A stretch of DNA of 64,000 nucleotides, from NCBI GenBank assembly GCA_050250895.1, contig JBFWNU010000001.1, forward strand, positions 455,998 through 519,997, given 5' to 3'. The notes beneath the pieces are model-generated. The model was not told the DNA's origin, ran no database searches, and saw only the letters and a program-made list of their open reading frames with translations. Numbering within the stretch: the first letter of the stretch is position 1; each line of letters starts with the position of its first letter. The DNA comes from Vulcanimicrobiota bacterium. GTDB taxonomy: Bacteria > Vulcanimicrobiota > Xenobia > Xenobiales > JADMJV01. The position numbers and the translations under genes were made by a program. Shown piece by piece: positions 37,332-46,964 of the stretch.

Positions 37332-37733
37332 ATGTATGAGGCTGGCAAAGAAATCCTCCAGTCAGGCGTGATTGCGCGCCGTCAAAAGCGCGGAAAATTT
37401 GAAGTCGCGCTGGTCACGTCGTCGAGCGGCACCCACTGGGTAATTCCCAAGGGTCACTGGGAGAGAAATCTGAGCATGGAGGAGTCGGCCGCTCAGGAAG
37501 CTTATGAAGAGGCTGGCCTGGTCGGTACCATCGGGCCCCCGTTAGGAAGCTACTTTTACAGCAAGCGCGGCTACCGATATCGGGTCTTCGTGTTTGCCCT
37601 GGAGGTGAACCGGGAACTCGCGGACTGGCCCGAGGCCAAGATTCGCCAACGAGCCTGGCTGAGCCCGGCCGAGGCCGCCGAGCGAGTCAACCAGGCCGGC
37701 CTCAAGAAGCTGTTGTTGGAGTTGTCGCCTTGA
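37332..37733 (+). CDS. NUDIX hydrolase
   Basis: WVIPKG.......ESAAQEAYEEAGL; WPE...RQR.W. Confidence 0.92.
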   Translation: MYEAGKEILQSGVIARRQKRGKFEVALVTSSSGTHWVIPKGHWERNLSMEESAAQEAYEEAGLVGTIGPPLGSYFYSKRGYRYRVFVFALEVNRELADWPEAKIRQRAWLSPAEAAERVNQAGLKKLLLELSP

Positions 37734-39196
37734 CGGACCGCCGCCTGCTCCTCGGGTTGCTGGTGCTCGCCGCCGGCTTGCGCCTCTATGGCCTGGGCGC
37801 ACCCAGTTTCTGGACCGACGAGGGAGTCACGTTCTATCAGGCCCATAAGAGCTTGTCCGACCTGCTGGCCACCTTCCAGACCGACGTCCATCCACCGCTC
37901 TACTACGTCGTCTGCCATTTCTGGGGCAAGCTCTTCGGCCTCAACGAGTTCGGCCTGCGCCTGCTCTCGGCTCTAGCCACCTGGCTGACTATTCCGGTCA
38001 CCTACTATTTCCTCAAGCAGGCCAAAGAGGAAAAGCTCGCGCTGGTGGCCAGCGCTTTGATGACCTGCTCGCTGTTTCAGTGCAATTTGGGTATGGAGGC
38101 CCGCAACCACGCTCCCACGGCGCTGCTGTTGGCGGTGGCGGTCGTGTTGCAGTGGAAGTGGCTCGAAGAAGGGGCCTCGCACGGCTGGCTGGTGGCCTGG
38201 ATGGGGGTCAGCCTGATCAGTCTTTACGCCAACTTCTTCTCGTTCGTGATGCTGCCGGTGGCCAGCCTGGTAGTGCTGGCCCGGCCCCAGCATCGTCCTC
38301 GCTGGGCCCTCTGGTTTTCGGCTCAGGCGGCGGTAGTGACCACCGTCCTGCCCCTGCTGCTCTTTATGCGGCCCCACCTCAAAAAGCAGGCAGCCTATCA
38401 GGGCTATGTCATCAGTCACCCTCCCGGCTTCACCGACCTCATGCAACTGCTTCACGAGCTGACCATCTATCACACCTATCCCAATCGCCAGCTTGCCCTG
38501 CTAACGACCGGGCCCATCACCTTTATCGTGGGGCTACTCAGCCTGGCCTTGCTGATGCTGGGGCTGTATAGCCTCTGGCAGCGCCGGCCGGATCTGGCCA
38601 TCTGGTTGGGGCTGTGGGTGATTGGTCCTTTTGCCGAAACCATCGTGTTGCCGCTAACCATCGGCGTCGATGTCTTCGTCTGGAAGTACTTCATCGCGGT
38701 GCTACCCGCCTTTCTGGCGCTGCTGGCCGAGGCGCTCTGCTGGCTTTACGAGCGGTCCCAACCGGTCGCCATCGGGCTGGGAGTGCTGCTGATCGGCACC
38801 AATCTGGTGGGTTGGGGCTTTCGAAAGTTTCATCCCCTGGTGCGCGAGAACCAGGACTGGCGACGAGTCGGAGGGCTGCTGGCCCGGTTCGCCGGACCCG
38901 ACGACGCCATCCTGGTCCAGCCCGGCATGGGAGGTTTCGCCCTCACCTACTATTATCGCGGCCAAACTCCGATCCTCACGGCCGACTACCCCAGCGACCT
39001 GGAAGCCATCGAAGCCAAGCTGGCTCGCGCCCAGGCCGTCTGGTTGATCAGCATCCCCTCCTACGAAGTGGTGGCCAACCAGCCGGTGGCGCCGGTGCTG
39101 GCCTCGCGCCGGCCTCTGGTGCGCGAGATCCACTCTAACAGCTTCTATGAGGCTAATCTGCTCGATATCTATCTCTACGGCCCCAGGAAGGAATGA
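37730..39196 (+). CDS. GT39/GT83 (PMT/ArnT-like) membrane glycosyltransferase
   Basis: LRLYGL...SFWTDE, D.HPPLYY, EFGLRLLS, EAR, DWR. Confidence 0.88.
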   Translation: MTDRRLLLGLLVLAAGLRLYGLGAPSFWTDEGVTFYQAHKSLSDLLATFQTDVHPPLYYVVCHFWGKLFGLNEFGLRLLSALATWLTIPVTYYFLKQAKEEKLALVASALMTCSLFQCNLGMEARNHAPTALLLAVAVVLQWKWLEEGASHGWLVAWMGVSLISLYANFFSFVMLPVASLVVLARPQHRPRWALWFSAQAAVVTTVLPLLLFMRPHLKKQAAYQGYVISHPPGFTDLMQLLHELTIYHTYPNRQLALLTTGPITFIVGLLSLALLMLGLYSLWQRRPDLAIWLGLWVIGPFAETIVLPLTIGVDVFVWKYFIAVLPAFLALLAEALCWLYERSQPVAIGLGVLLIGTNLVGWGFRKFHPLVRENQDWRRVGGLLARFAGPDDAILVQPGMGGFALTYYYRGQTPILTADYPSDLEAIEAKLARAQAVWLISIPSYEVVANQPVAPVLASRRPLVREIHSNSFYEANLLDIYLYGPRKE

Positions 39197-39214
39197 CGCC
39201 CGGCAAGCTAACAA

Positions 39215-40051
39215 GTGGATCGCGTGGATGCGATCTGGATTTGCGTCATCCTGGCCCTGGTGCAGACCAGCCTGAGCAACCTCGGGCTGGGCGTCCAGAA
39301 GGCCGGGGTGGCCTGGATGGAAGGCGGTCCCTGGAGCCGACCCCGCCTGAGTAAGTTGGGTCTTTGGGTCTTTGGCATCTTGATGTGCATCGCCGGCATC
39401 GTGGCTCAGGGGGTGGCCCTCAATTATGGTCCGGCCTCCCTGGTCGCCGTCCTGGGCGCCTTCGGCCTGGTGCCGCTCTACCTCTTCTGCCGCCTGGTCC
39501 TCAAGGAGCCGCTGGCCCCGGCCCACATCGGTTCTCTGGTAGCCATCATGGCCGGGGTCGGCTATATCGGCTACTACTCCGAGCAAGCCCAGGACCCATC
39601 CACCTTCCACCCTGCAGCCATGCTGATCGGAGCCCTGTGCGCCCTGCTGATTCCGGCCCTGGCGGCGCTCTGGGCCCGCCAGACCGGCTCGCCCTTCCAG
39701 GCTCTGGCTCTGGGTTGCCTGGCCGGTTCCAGCAACGGATTGGCGCTGTTAATGCTCAAAGTGGGGGCGGTCAAAGACGCCTGGCTGGCCATCGGGGCGT
39801 TGTGGCTGGGGGCCAGTGCCCTGGGCTTCGTAGTCATTCAATGGGCCTACCAACAGGGCGACGCCGTGCAGGTCGTGCCCTCCAACACGGCCCTGGCCAT
39901 CGTGGTGCCCGTCTTGATCGCCCCCTGGGCCTTTGACGAGCAGGTGAGCGGCTGGTTGCTCGGAGGCCTGTTGTTGATCCTGGGCGGCATCGTGCTGCTC
40001 GGCTTCGGCGAGAAGGCCGTGGCCCGCCGGCCCAGCCTGAACCAGGATTGA
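39215..40051 (+). CDS. DMT-superfamily transporter (NIPA-like)
   Basis: ~9 TM segments; GLGVQK, ALNYGPASLV..LG, LKEPL. Confidence 0.75.
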   Translation: MDRVDAIWICVILALVQTSLSNLGLGVQKAGVAWMEGGPWSRPRLSKLGLWVFGILMCIAGIVAQGVALNYGPASLVAVLGAFGLVPLYLFCRLVLKEPLAPAHIGSLVAIMAGVGYIGYYSEQAQDPSTFHPAAMLIGALCALLIPALAALWARQTGSPFQALALGCLAGSSNGLALLMLKVGAVKDAWLAIGALWLGASALGFVVIQWAYQQGDAVQVVPSNTALAIVVPVLIAPWAFDEQVSGWLLGGLLLILGGIVLLGFGEKAVARRPSLNQD

Positions 40052-40255
40052 ACTCCTCCGGCCTGAGACATCCCCCGGCATCTGGGTATAACCAGGTTTG
40101 GAGGATCACTTGGAAAGCCCAAAACCTGAAAGCCAGCCACCGGCCACACCACTTCCCCTCGCCCTGCGCTCGACCATCGATTGGATCTTGACCGACGCCC
40201 GGGATTTGCCCGGGCGTTATCTTTGGGAGGCCACCGCACCCGAAGGCGGCGAGTA

Positions 40256-41830
40256 ATGCTCGAGCGCCTGATGGGCCTCGAGACCGAGTACGTCATTCGC
40301 TATAGCAGCCAGGACGGCTCGGATTTCTGGCGAGGAGCCCCTCGCCCAACCCGTCAGTGTTTCTACGAGGCCATCGAGACGGCGGTCAAAAGCCTTTTGC
40401 GCTGGGCTCCGGCCATCGAGGGCATCTTCCTCGAGAACGGCCAGGCCCTTAGCTTCGAACACGGCGGCCTCGACCCCGACGGTGGGTTGCTCGAGGCCAA
40501 GACTCCCGAATGCCGCACCGTGGCGGCCCTCTTGACCTCGCAGAAGGCTCAAGAAGCGATGTTGCTGACCGCCCTCGGGCGGGCCGAGGCCAGACTTCCC
40601 TGCGGCGGCAAATTGGGCCTGGTGAAAAACTGCCGCGACGCTCTGGGCAACACCTATGGCGCGCAAGAAAACTACGAGGTCGAGATCGCCTCGGGCCGGG
40701 GCTTGTTGGCCTACCGAACCCTGCTCGGACTGGTGCTGGTCTTGACCCTGCTGCCCTACAGTCTGATGACCCTCTGTTTCGGGATGGGACTTTTGCTCTG
40801 GCGTATCCTGCCGGCCTATCAGGAGGTCTTGTGGCAGGGCCTGGAGGAGCTTTGCTGGCGTCTCTTCTCGGCTCCCGGGCGCCTGTTTGCCCGGGTGCTC
40901 GACCGCTTCGCCTTTCGCGACTATCGCAGCCAGGCCACCGCCTTCTTCATCAGCCGCCAGCTCTTTACCGGGGCCGGCACCCTGCGCGACGACGGCTGCT
41001 TCGAACTTTCCGAGCGAGCGGCAGCCGTCTCGACCGAGATGACCTCGATGCGCCGGATCAGCGAGTATAGTCTTTTCAAGACCACCCACCTGCATCAGCA
41101 GATGCTCTGGCTGCTGGGGTTTCGCCCTGTGGCCCGCCTCTTTTGGCGGCGTCAGCGACTGCAAGTCGGCTGCTCGGACGCCAACATGGCTCAAACGGCC
41201 GAGTACCTCAAGATAGGAACGACCAGCCTGGTGCTCGATATGGTCGAAGCCGGCTTGCTCCACGACGCACCCCGGCTCGAGGATCCGGTCTGGGCCTACA
41301 AGGCCGTCTCGGCCGACCCGACCCTGGCCTGCCAGGTAGCTACCGACCGCGGCCGGCTCTCGGCTCTGGCTCTGCAAGGCTATTACCTCGACAAAGCTCG
41401 CCAGTTCGTGGCGGACTCTCCGAGCCTCGAGGCGGCTCGGCTGGTCACCCTGTGGGGTGAAACCCTGGACCTGCTCGGACAAGACCCGGCCCGACTCTTC
41501 GGGCGCATCGACTGGGTAACCAAGCGCATTCTGCTCGAGGAATCCGGCTCGGACTGCCTCGAGGTCAAAAAGAAGCTCGACCTCAAGTATCACGAGTTAG
41601 GCACAGGCTACCTGGCCGCCCTCGAGCGGGCAGGCTATGTGCCCAGCCTGGTGCCGCCGGAAGCGGTCCAGGAAGCCATGACCTCGCCGCCTGCGGACAC
41701 TCCGGCCTGGTCCCGGGGCCAACTCATCCGCCGGCTCGAGGCGCAACCAGCCCTGTTCCACTGGGATTGGGCTCGGGTGGGAGGCCTCTGGAACGCCAAA
41801 GTCATCCAATTCCGCCAGCGGGAGCGGTAA
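40256..41830 (+). CDS. PafA/Dop-family (Pup ligase-like) protein with transmembrane insertion
   Basis: RLMGLETEY, FLENG, E..TPEC, KN.RD..GNTYGAQENY, RLQV..SDANM, YLKIGTTSLVL, IDWVTK, DLKYHEL; hydrophobic insert after ENY. Confidence 0.88.
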   Translation: MLERLMGLETEYVIRYSSQDGSDFWRGAPRPTRQCFYEAIETAVKSLLRWAPAIEGIFLENGQALSFEHGGLDPDGGLLEAKTPECRTVAALLTSQKAQEAMLLTALGRAEARLPCGGKLGLVKNCRDALGNTYGAQENYEVEIASGRGLLAYRTLLGLVLVLTLLPYSLMTLCFGMGLLLWRILPAYQEVLWQGLEELCWRLFSAPGRLFARVLDRFAFRDYRSQATAFFISRQLFTGAGTLRDDGCFELSERAAAVSTEMTSMRRISEYSLFKTTHLHQQMLWLLGFRPVARLFWRRQRLQVGCSDANMAQTAEYLKIGTTSLVLDMVEAGLLHDAPRLEDPVWAYKAVSADPTLACQVATDRGRLSALALQGYYLDKARQFVADSPSLEAARLVTLWGETLDLLGQDPARLFGRIDWVTKRILLEESGSDCLEVKKKLDLKYHELGTGYLAALERAGYVPSLVPPEAVQEAMTSPPADTPAWSRGQLIRRLEAQPALFHWDWARVGGLWNAKVIQFRQRER

Positions 41831-41865
41831 AGGTCTGGCCGGCCAGGGCCGGGAATGGCCGCCCT

Positions 41866-42645
41866 ATGCGAAACCTGATTCTCTTGTTAGCTCTGCTTTT
41901 GCCCGTCCAGGCCCTGGCCCAGGACTGGGCCAAAGCTCGCTTAGAAAAGTCTCCCCGCCACCTCGAGTGGGTTGACCTAAAACACGGCGACCGCGTGGTC
42001 AAGGCCTTCGTGGCTTATCCCGAGCGCCCCGAGAAAGCCCAGGTCGTGGTGGTCATCCACGAGATCTTCGGCCTGACCGACTGGGCCCGCCTGATGACCG
42101 ACGAGCTGGCGGCCGCCGGTTACATCGCCATCGCCCCTGACCTCTTGAGCGGCTCAGGCCCCAACGGCGGTGGCACGGCTTCATTGGGCGGAGTAGACGA
42201 AGCCCGTAAAGCCATCCGCGAGCTGCCCCCCGCCCAGGTCACGGCCGACCTCAAAGCAGCCGTCGATTATGGCCTCAAGCTACCGGCCGCCAACGGCCAG
42301 GTCAGCGTGGCCGGCTTCTGCTGGGGCGGCACCGAGAGCTTTCGCTTCGCCACTAACGAAAAGCGCCTGAAAGCGGCCTATGTGTTCTACGGCACCGGCC
42401 CCGAGGACGTGGCCAGCATCGCTTGCCCGGTCTATGGCTTTTACGCCGAGAACGACGCCCGAGTGAACGCCACCCTCGAAGCCACCACCGCCCGCATGAA
42501 AAAAGCCGGCAAGACCTATCAGCCGGTCATTTACCAGGGCGCGGGCCACGGCTTCATGCGGGCCGGCGAAGACCCGGAAGGCTCGGCCGAAAACAAGCAG
42601 GCCCGCGACCAAGCCTGGAAACGCTGGAAAGAGCTGCTGAAGTAG
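41866..42645 (+). CDS. Exported dienelactone hydrolase-family protein
   Basis: Signal peptide; HEIFGL, GFCWGG, AGHGF. Confidence 0.92.
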   Translation: MRNLILLLALLLPVQALAQDWAKARLEKSPRHLEWVDLKHGDRVVKAFVAYPERPEKAQVVVVIHEIFGLTDWARLMTDELAAAGYIAIAPDLLSGSGPNGGGTASLGGVDEARKAIRELPPAQVTADLKAAVDYGLKLPAANGQVSVAGFCWGGTESFRFATNEKRLKAAYVFYGTGPEDVASIACPVYGFYAENDARVNATLEATTARMKKAGKTYQPVIYQGAGHGFMRAGEDPEGSAENKQARDQAWKRWKELLK

Positions 42646-42811
42646 GCGACCGTAACGTTCACGTCTGCCTCGGGGGTTCACACCGAGAAATCGCGGGGTG
42701 AAGGTCTGCTTGGCCCTGTCCGGCCAACCCCAGGAGGTCGTCGGCCTCGCTTTAGATTTGGTGGCGCTCTCAAAACGGATCCAATTCCAGCGGCTTAGCG
42801 GACTAATTCCA

Positions 42812-42826
42812 GTTGCAAATTGCAAC
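42812..42826. promoter_or_regulatory. Palindromic operator upstream of the TA operon
   Basis: GTTGCAA-A-TTGCAAC, 21 bp upstream of the antitoxin start. Confidence 0.55.
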
Positions 42827-42847
42827 CCGAGCCGATAAGATAGGGGT

Positions 42848-43183
42848 GTGTCCAAGGCTGTCAAGGTTTCCCAGAAATTAGCGAGTGCGGCTGCCAGGGA
42901 GGCAGAGTTTATGAATCGCTCGATGGCTAAGCAGATAGAACACTGGGCCGAACTGGGACGTCGACTGGAAAGCTCTGGCGCGTTCAGCTTCGCTCAGCTT
43001 CGTGGTTTTCTGGCTGGTGAAGCTAGCTTTGACGCGCTGTCCGTTTTGGAGCAGGCGGTGGCGGCGGAGGCGCTTCTGGAGGACTTGGAGCGATTCGAGC
43101 CCTCGGCTGAATTTGAGCGCGAACTTAACGAGGGACTTGGCCACTCGGGGCTGGATCATGGCGGCAAGATCGTCCGGCACTAA
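42848..43183 (+). CDS. ParD-like (RHH) antitoxin
   Basis: VKVS..L...A..EA....RS...QIEHWA.LGR. Confidence 0.8.
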   Translation: MSKAVKVSQKLASAAAREAEFMNRSMAKQIEHWAELGRRLESSGAFSFAQLRGFLAGEASFDALSVLEQAVAAEALLEDLERFEPSAEFERELNEGLGHSGLDHGGKIVRH

Positions 43184-43186
43184 CTC

Positions 43187-43771
43187 TTGAGCTTCTCAAA
43201 ACAGCCTCTCATGATCTGCCTGGTGGGAGTCAATGGCGCGGGCAAGTCCACCTACTATCGAGAAAAGCTCGCGCACCTACAGCTTCCTTTTTTGAATGCC
43301 GACGTTTTAGCCAAAGAGCTGTGGCCTGATGAGCCCGATGCCCACGCTTATGAAGCAGGTCGCCAAATCGCGCAACAGCGGCAAGCGCTCATAGAACAAG
43401 GCAAGAGCTTCGTAACCGAGACTGTCTTTTCTCATCCCTCCAAGCTCGAACTGCTGGAAATGGCCAGAAGTTATGGCTACCGCGTCTGGCTGGTATATAT
43501 CCATTTGTCCGAGGCAGAGTTAGCCATTAAGCGCGTGGAAGAACGCGTCTCTCGAGGTGGGCATCCAGTGCCGCCAGAGAAGATAGAACTACGCTACCAG
43601 CGCCTGCTTCAACAAGTGAAGGTGGCTATTCGTGGGGTTGATCGGGCGCTTCTGTTTGATAACTCTTGGCACGGAAGACCTTTTAAGCACATTGCCACCC
43701 TCAACGCTGGCGTTGTGCAAAAGGCTTACCATCCCCTCCCCGCCTGGGCCAGAGAGCTGCTTGGCTCTTAG
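43187..43771 (+). CDS. Zeta-toxin-like P-loop kinase
   Basis: GVNGAGKST, LNAD, SFVTETVFSHPSK, RV..RV..GGH.VP. Confidence 0.85.
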   Translation: MSFSKQPLMICLVGVNGAGKSTYYREKLAHLQLPFLNADVLAKELWPDEPDAHAYEAGRQIAQQRQALIEQGKSFVTETVFSHPSKLELLEMARSYGYRVWLVYIHLSEAELAIKRVEERVSRGGHPVPPEKIELRYQRLLQQVKVAIRGVDRALLFDNSWHGRPFKHIATLNAGVVQKAYHPLPAWARELLGS

Positions 43772-43863
43772 GCTTGGTCACCGAGTTCTGGCCGCCGCCG
43801 GTTTGCTGCACGAGTTAAGTCATTGGAGGAACAGAAAAATCTTACGCTGAAAAGGGGTACTGC

Positions 43864-44283
43864 ATGGAAAACCTACCGCGACGTAAGCCGGGCCTCGATT
43901 TAGAGGATCTGGGTGAAGAACTCATCGTCTACAACCCTTCTACCGAAACGGCTTCTTGTCTGAACTCCGTGGCCCGTATCGTTTTTGAAGCTTGCGACGG
44001 CTCGACTTCCGTGGCCGAGGTCAGTCGACGCCTGGCCTCAGGCGATTGCTCTGAAGATCTGGTTCTGCTCACCCTGGCGGAGCTCGACGAGAAAGGATTG
44101 TTGGAGACTCCGGTTGAGGGACTTAACCGCCGGGACTTTTTCGCCCGTTGGGGCAAACTCGTAGCCGTTCTGCCCCTGGTGGCCTCGATCGCGGTCCCGG
44201 AGGCCGCTCGGGCTGCATCGATGGACGGTCCCGGGGGTGATACAGCAACCACCACCGACCTCACCGGGACAATTACCGGCTGA
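43864..44283 (+). CDS. PqqD/RRE-domain protein fused to Tat-like leader and Thr/Asp-rich core (putative RiPP precursor)
   Basis: EDLGEELIVYN...CLNSVARIVFEACDG...LDEKGLL; NRRDFF...ARAAS; core MDGPGGDTATTTDLTGTITG. Confidence 0.8.
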   Translation: MENLPRRKPGLDLEDLGEELIVYNPSTETASCLNSVARIVFEACDGSTSVAEVSRRLASGDCSEDLVLLTLAELDEKGLLETPVEGLNRRDFFARWGKLVAVLPLVASIAVPEAARAASMDGPGGDTATTTDLTGTITG

Positions 44284-44380
44284 TCGACTGATGCAGATGG
44301 TCATTCGGCGCATCCGGGATCTAGGACGGTAATCTCCAATACTCAGCCCTGAGCTATTATGCTGGCCGACTTCACTCGAA

Positions 44381-45550
44381 GTGGCCTCCTCAGGGGCGGA
44401 GGTTTCCTTTCGCCTCGGTCGGGAGGTGAGGTGGACAGAAAGGGCCCCGACCTTGGCCCGCCTCTGTCAAACCTACGGCCATCTTTGGACAGATTCGAAC
44501 AACCCACCTCAACCAGCTTCTCCCAACTGCGACTTGTCCCCGACCGAAGAGCTGGTACTGGCCCGTTTGATGCGACGAAGTCTTCTGGTTCCTCAAACCG
44601 GCCTTCACGTCGCACCGCCTGGGCCACGGCACCTTCCAGTCGACGCGCTGCCCCAGAATTTCAGTTTGGGAGTGCGCTGGCTTGAGTTCCCTGGCGGGCT
44701 TCAAGCCCCATTCTTCAGGGAGGATAGAAAAGAGAGCGAGGCCCAATCTCGAGGCGAGGTGACAGAGGCGCCCCTGCCTTGCCTGATCCAACTGCAGGAC
44801 CGCCAACTTCCCAAAGGTTTCATCTTTCACGGTTCCCGCTCGGGGTCCACCCTGCTGTCACGGTTTTTCACCCTGAGCGAAGAAATAACGGTGCTCTCCG
44901 AGCCGACGGCCTTTGGCCGACTGGCGGCCTTATCGACAGAGTTCGGTTCCCCCCTCTCCTTCCGTGCGATGATGCGCGCTCTCGGGGTGCTCAATCCGGG
45001 AACCAGGTCCGTGGTCTGCAAACTGAATTCTGCTACAGCCCTCCACATTTCGGAGCTCCTCCGTTCTTTTCCGGAGATACCCTGGGTTTTCGTGTCGCGC
45101 CATCCGGCCGAGATCCTGGACTCCAATCTACGCAAGACTGGTGGATGGCTACGAAATGGGAAGGCGGAAGGGGCTTCTCCAGATGTCCTGACAGCCCGAG
45201 TGATGACCGCTCTTACCAACATCTATCGGGCCGTGCTCGAGGTGCTTCCCCGTTCCGGCCTGGTGGTGCCCTATGAAAAGCTGTGCCACGGAGAAGGCTT
45301 CGAGCAGGCGGCGGAACATTTTGATCTGCAACTGAGCGCCGAAAACGTCGCACGTGGCCGCCGCGCCCTGAACTTCCACGCTCACACAGGAAAGCCGTTC
45401 GACCCCAGAGCCATACCGGTAGAGTGCTACGAGACGGTGGAGCGACGCTATTCCCGGGTGCGGGAACTCTACCACGAGATAGAGTTCTACGGGCGGCGGC
45501 AGGCGAGGTCAGTCCACAAAGCCGTTAATCCAGAGGTAATGAAGCAGTAG
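44381..45550 (+). CDS. Sulfotransferase-family protein
   Basis: 5'-PSB-like FIFHGSRSGSTLL; LSEP; 3'-PB-like VSRHPAEILDS; YEKL. Confidence 0.75.
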   Translation: MASSGAEVSFRLGREVRWTERAPTLARLCQTYGHLWTDSNNPPQPASPNCDLSPTEELVLARLMRRSLLVPQTGLHVAPPGPRHLPVDALPQNFSLGVRWLEFPGGLQAPFFREDRKESEAQSRGEVTEAPLPCLIQLQDRQLPKGFIFHGSRSGSTLLSRFFTLSEEITVLSEPTAFGRLAALSTEFGSPLSFRAMMRALGVLNPGTRSVVCKLNSATALHISELLRSFPEIPWVFVSRHPAEILDSNLRKTGGWLRNGKAEGASPDVLTARVMTALTNIYRAVLEVLPRSGLVVPYEKLCHGEGFEQAAEHFDLQLSAENVARGRRALNFHAHTGKPFDPRAIPVECYETVERRYSRVRELYHEIEFYGRRQARSVHKAVNPEVMKQ

Positions 45551-46675
45551 TTTGCCCAGCTCTTCTTCCAAGGCCGGGAAGCTATCTGCGGACAAGCTCT
45601 TCAGAGGCAAAACGCCGGATATCGTTTTCAAGAGTGTTTTCCTCAGCCTGAGCTTGTTGCTACGCGCACCACTTTGACAGAGGATGAAATCTCTGGGTGA
45701 GGTGTCGAGCGACCAGTCGCCGACTCGCCGGCGCTCTTGTGCCACTTCCTCCGCTCGGTCGCGGCGGATGGAATTGGACTGGTTGTGAGGTGACGTTTGA
45801 GGTGCGGGCTGCAGGCTGTCCTGGGTCAGGCTCTCTTGGACCTCGGAGAGCAGCTCGCGCAGGTAAGCTGAGTCGAGAGTCGTCTCGGCCTTTTTGGCCA
45901 GGTAACTTCGCAGGCGGTCTCGCTTCAGACTGGCCTGTTCCAGCAAGTCTACCAGCAGCGAGTGATTGGTTACCGGGTGAAAACCGAGGGTGAGATGGGC
46001 TGAGTGAGTTTCGCGGCAGCCGGCATCGTGCTCGAGCCCCCGAGGCAGAAAGAAGAGGTCGCCCTCTTTTAACACAAGCCGCTCAAATCTTTCATCCTCA
46101 AACTTCACTCCGGCACGTTTTCCCACCTTGCGCAAAGGCTTGCCCTGCCTGAGCTCGCCCAGCCGCCAGTGCTTTTGGCCGCTGATCTGGGCCACCAGGA
46201 TGTTGTGAGTATCGTAATGGCTACCCAAAGCCCGGCTACCGGCAGGCGTGTAGTAGTAGTTCACGCCCATACATCCTGTGATGTATCGCTCGAAGGGAAG
46301 CAAATGGCTGCGGAGATGGCTCGAATACCGGTGGATCTGATGAACCGATGTGCTCGCGCCGGCCTGGAGAAGCACCTCCAACCGATCGTAGTCGAGACCA
46401 CCGCCCGGATGAGTGTATTCACTCCTGTCAAGCAGATGGCCTGAGAACACTACTCTCAGCTCCTCGGCATAGGCGGGAGAAAATCTCAATCTGGCTTCGA
46501 TGTCTCGCTGGGTCACCAGACCGGTGACGCACGTGCGAAGGGGTTCTCTTGGGAAGAGCTTCCACTGCTTGTCGAACAGGTCGCCCTCAAAGATCTCCGC
46601 GGCAACTTGAGAGAAGTCGGTAGCCTGGGGAGAGAGGAGCGGCGTCGGGCTACCAGGCACGTTGACTTGTTCCAT
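45509..46675 (-). CDS. JmjC/cupin-4 2OG-Fe(II) oxygenase (YcfD/NO66-like)
   Basis: NYYYTP, HYD, Q..GQKHW, L.EGDL.FLPRG..HDA, SAHLTLG. Confidence 0.88.
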   Translation of the reverse strand: MEQVNVPGSPTPLLSPQATDFSQVAAEIFEGDLFDKQWKLFPREPLRTCVTGLVTQRDIEARLRFSPAYAEELRVVFSGHLLDRSEYTHPGGGLDYDRLEVLLQAGASTSVHQIHRYSSHLRSHLLPFERYITGCMGVNYYYTPAGSRALGSHYDTHNILVAQISGQKHWRLGELRQGKPLRKVGKRAGVKFEDERFERLVLKEGDLFFLPRGLEHDAGCRETHSAHLTLGFHPVTNHSLLVDLLEQASLKRDRLRSYLAKKAETTLDSAYLRELLSEVQESLTQDSLQPAPQTSPHNQSNSIRRDRAEEVAQERRRVGDWSLDTSPRDFILCQSGARSNKLRLRKTLLKTISGVLPLKSLSADSFPALEEELGKLLLHYLWINGFVD

Positions 46676-46964
46676 GACGGTCTATTGGGAAGAGCGATGA
46701 CGAAGCCCTTCCAATCCTGAAGCCTCGATTGGTGTGCCCGACAACGAGGCAGTCGCACCCCGGCGGTGAACATGATGGCCGTGAAGCAAAAGCATGTCAC
46801 CAGATGCTTCTTGTGTTATGGCGTACCGTTTAATCTTGAGGCCGATGCCGGCCTCTTCCCGAGTTCGCCCGGAGCTTTTACACCGGAGTGAGAGGCGAGG
46901 TCGACGAGGCCGCGGACTGGATCGCCGGATTGCTCAAGATGTCGAATTGATCTAGTCTGAGCGA

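Noticed and set aside
40055-40255. Pup-like small ORF or riboswitch upstream of the PafA homologue
   Set aside because: No small ORF ending in GGE/GGQ and no recognisable riboswitch consensus seen
42759-42782. TGGTGGCG... as a duplicated tRNA 3' end (attL) of the island
   Set aside because: Only about 7 of the first 8 bases match the tRNA-Phe end and similarity then collapses
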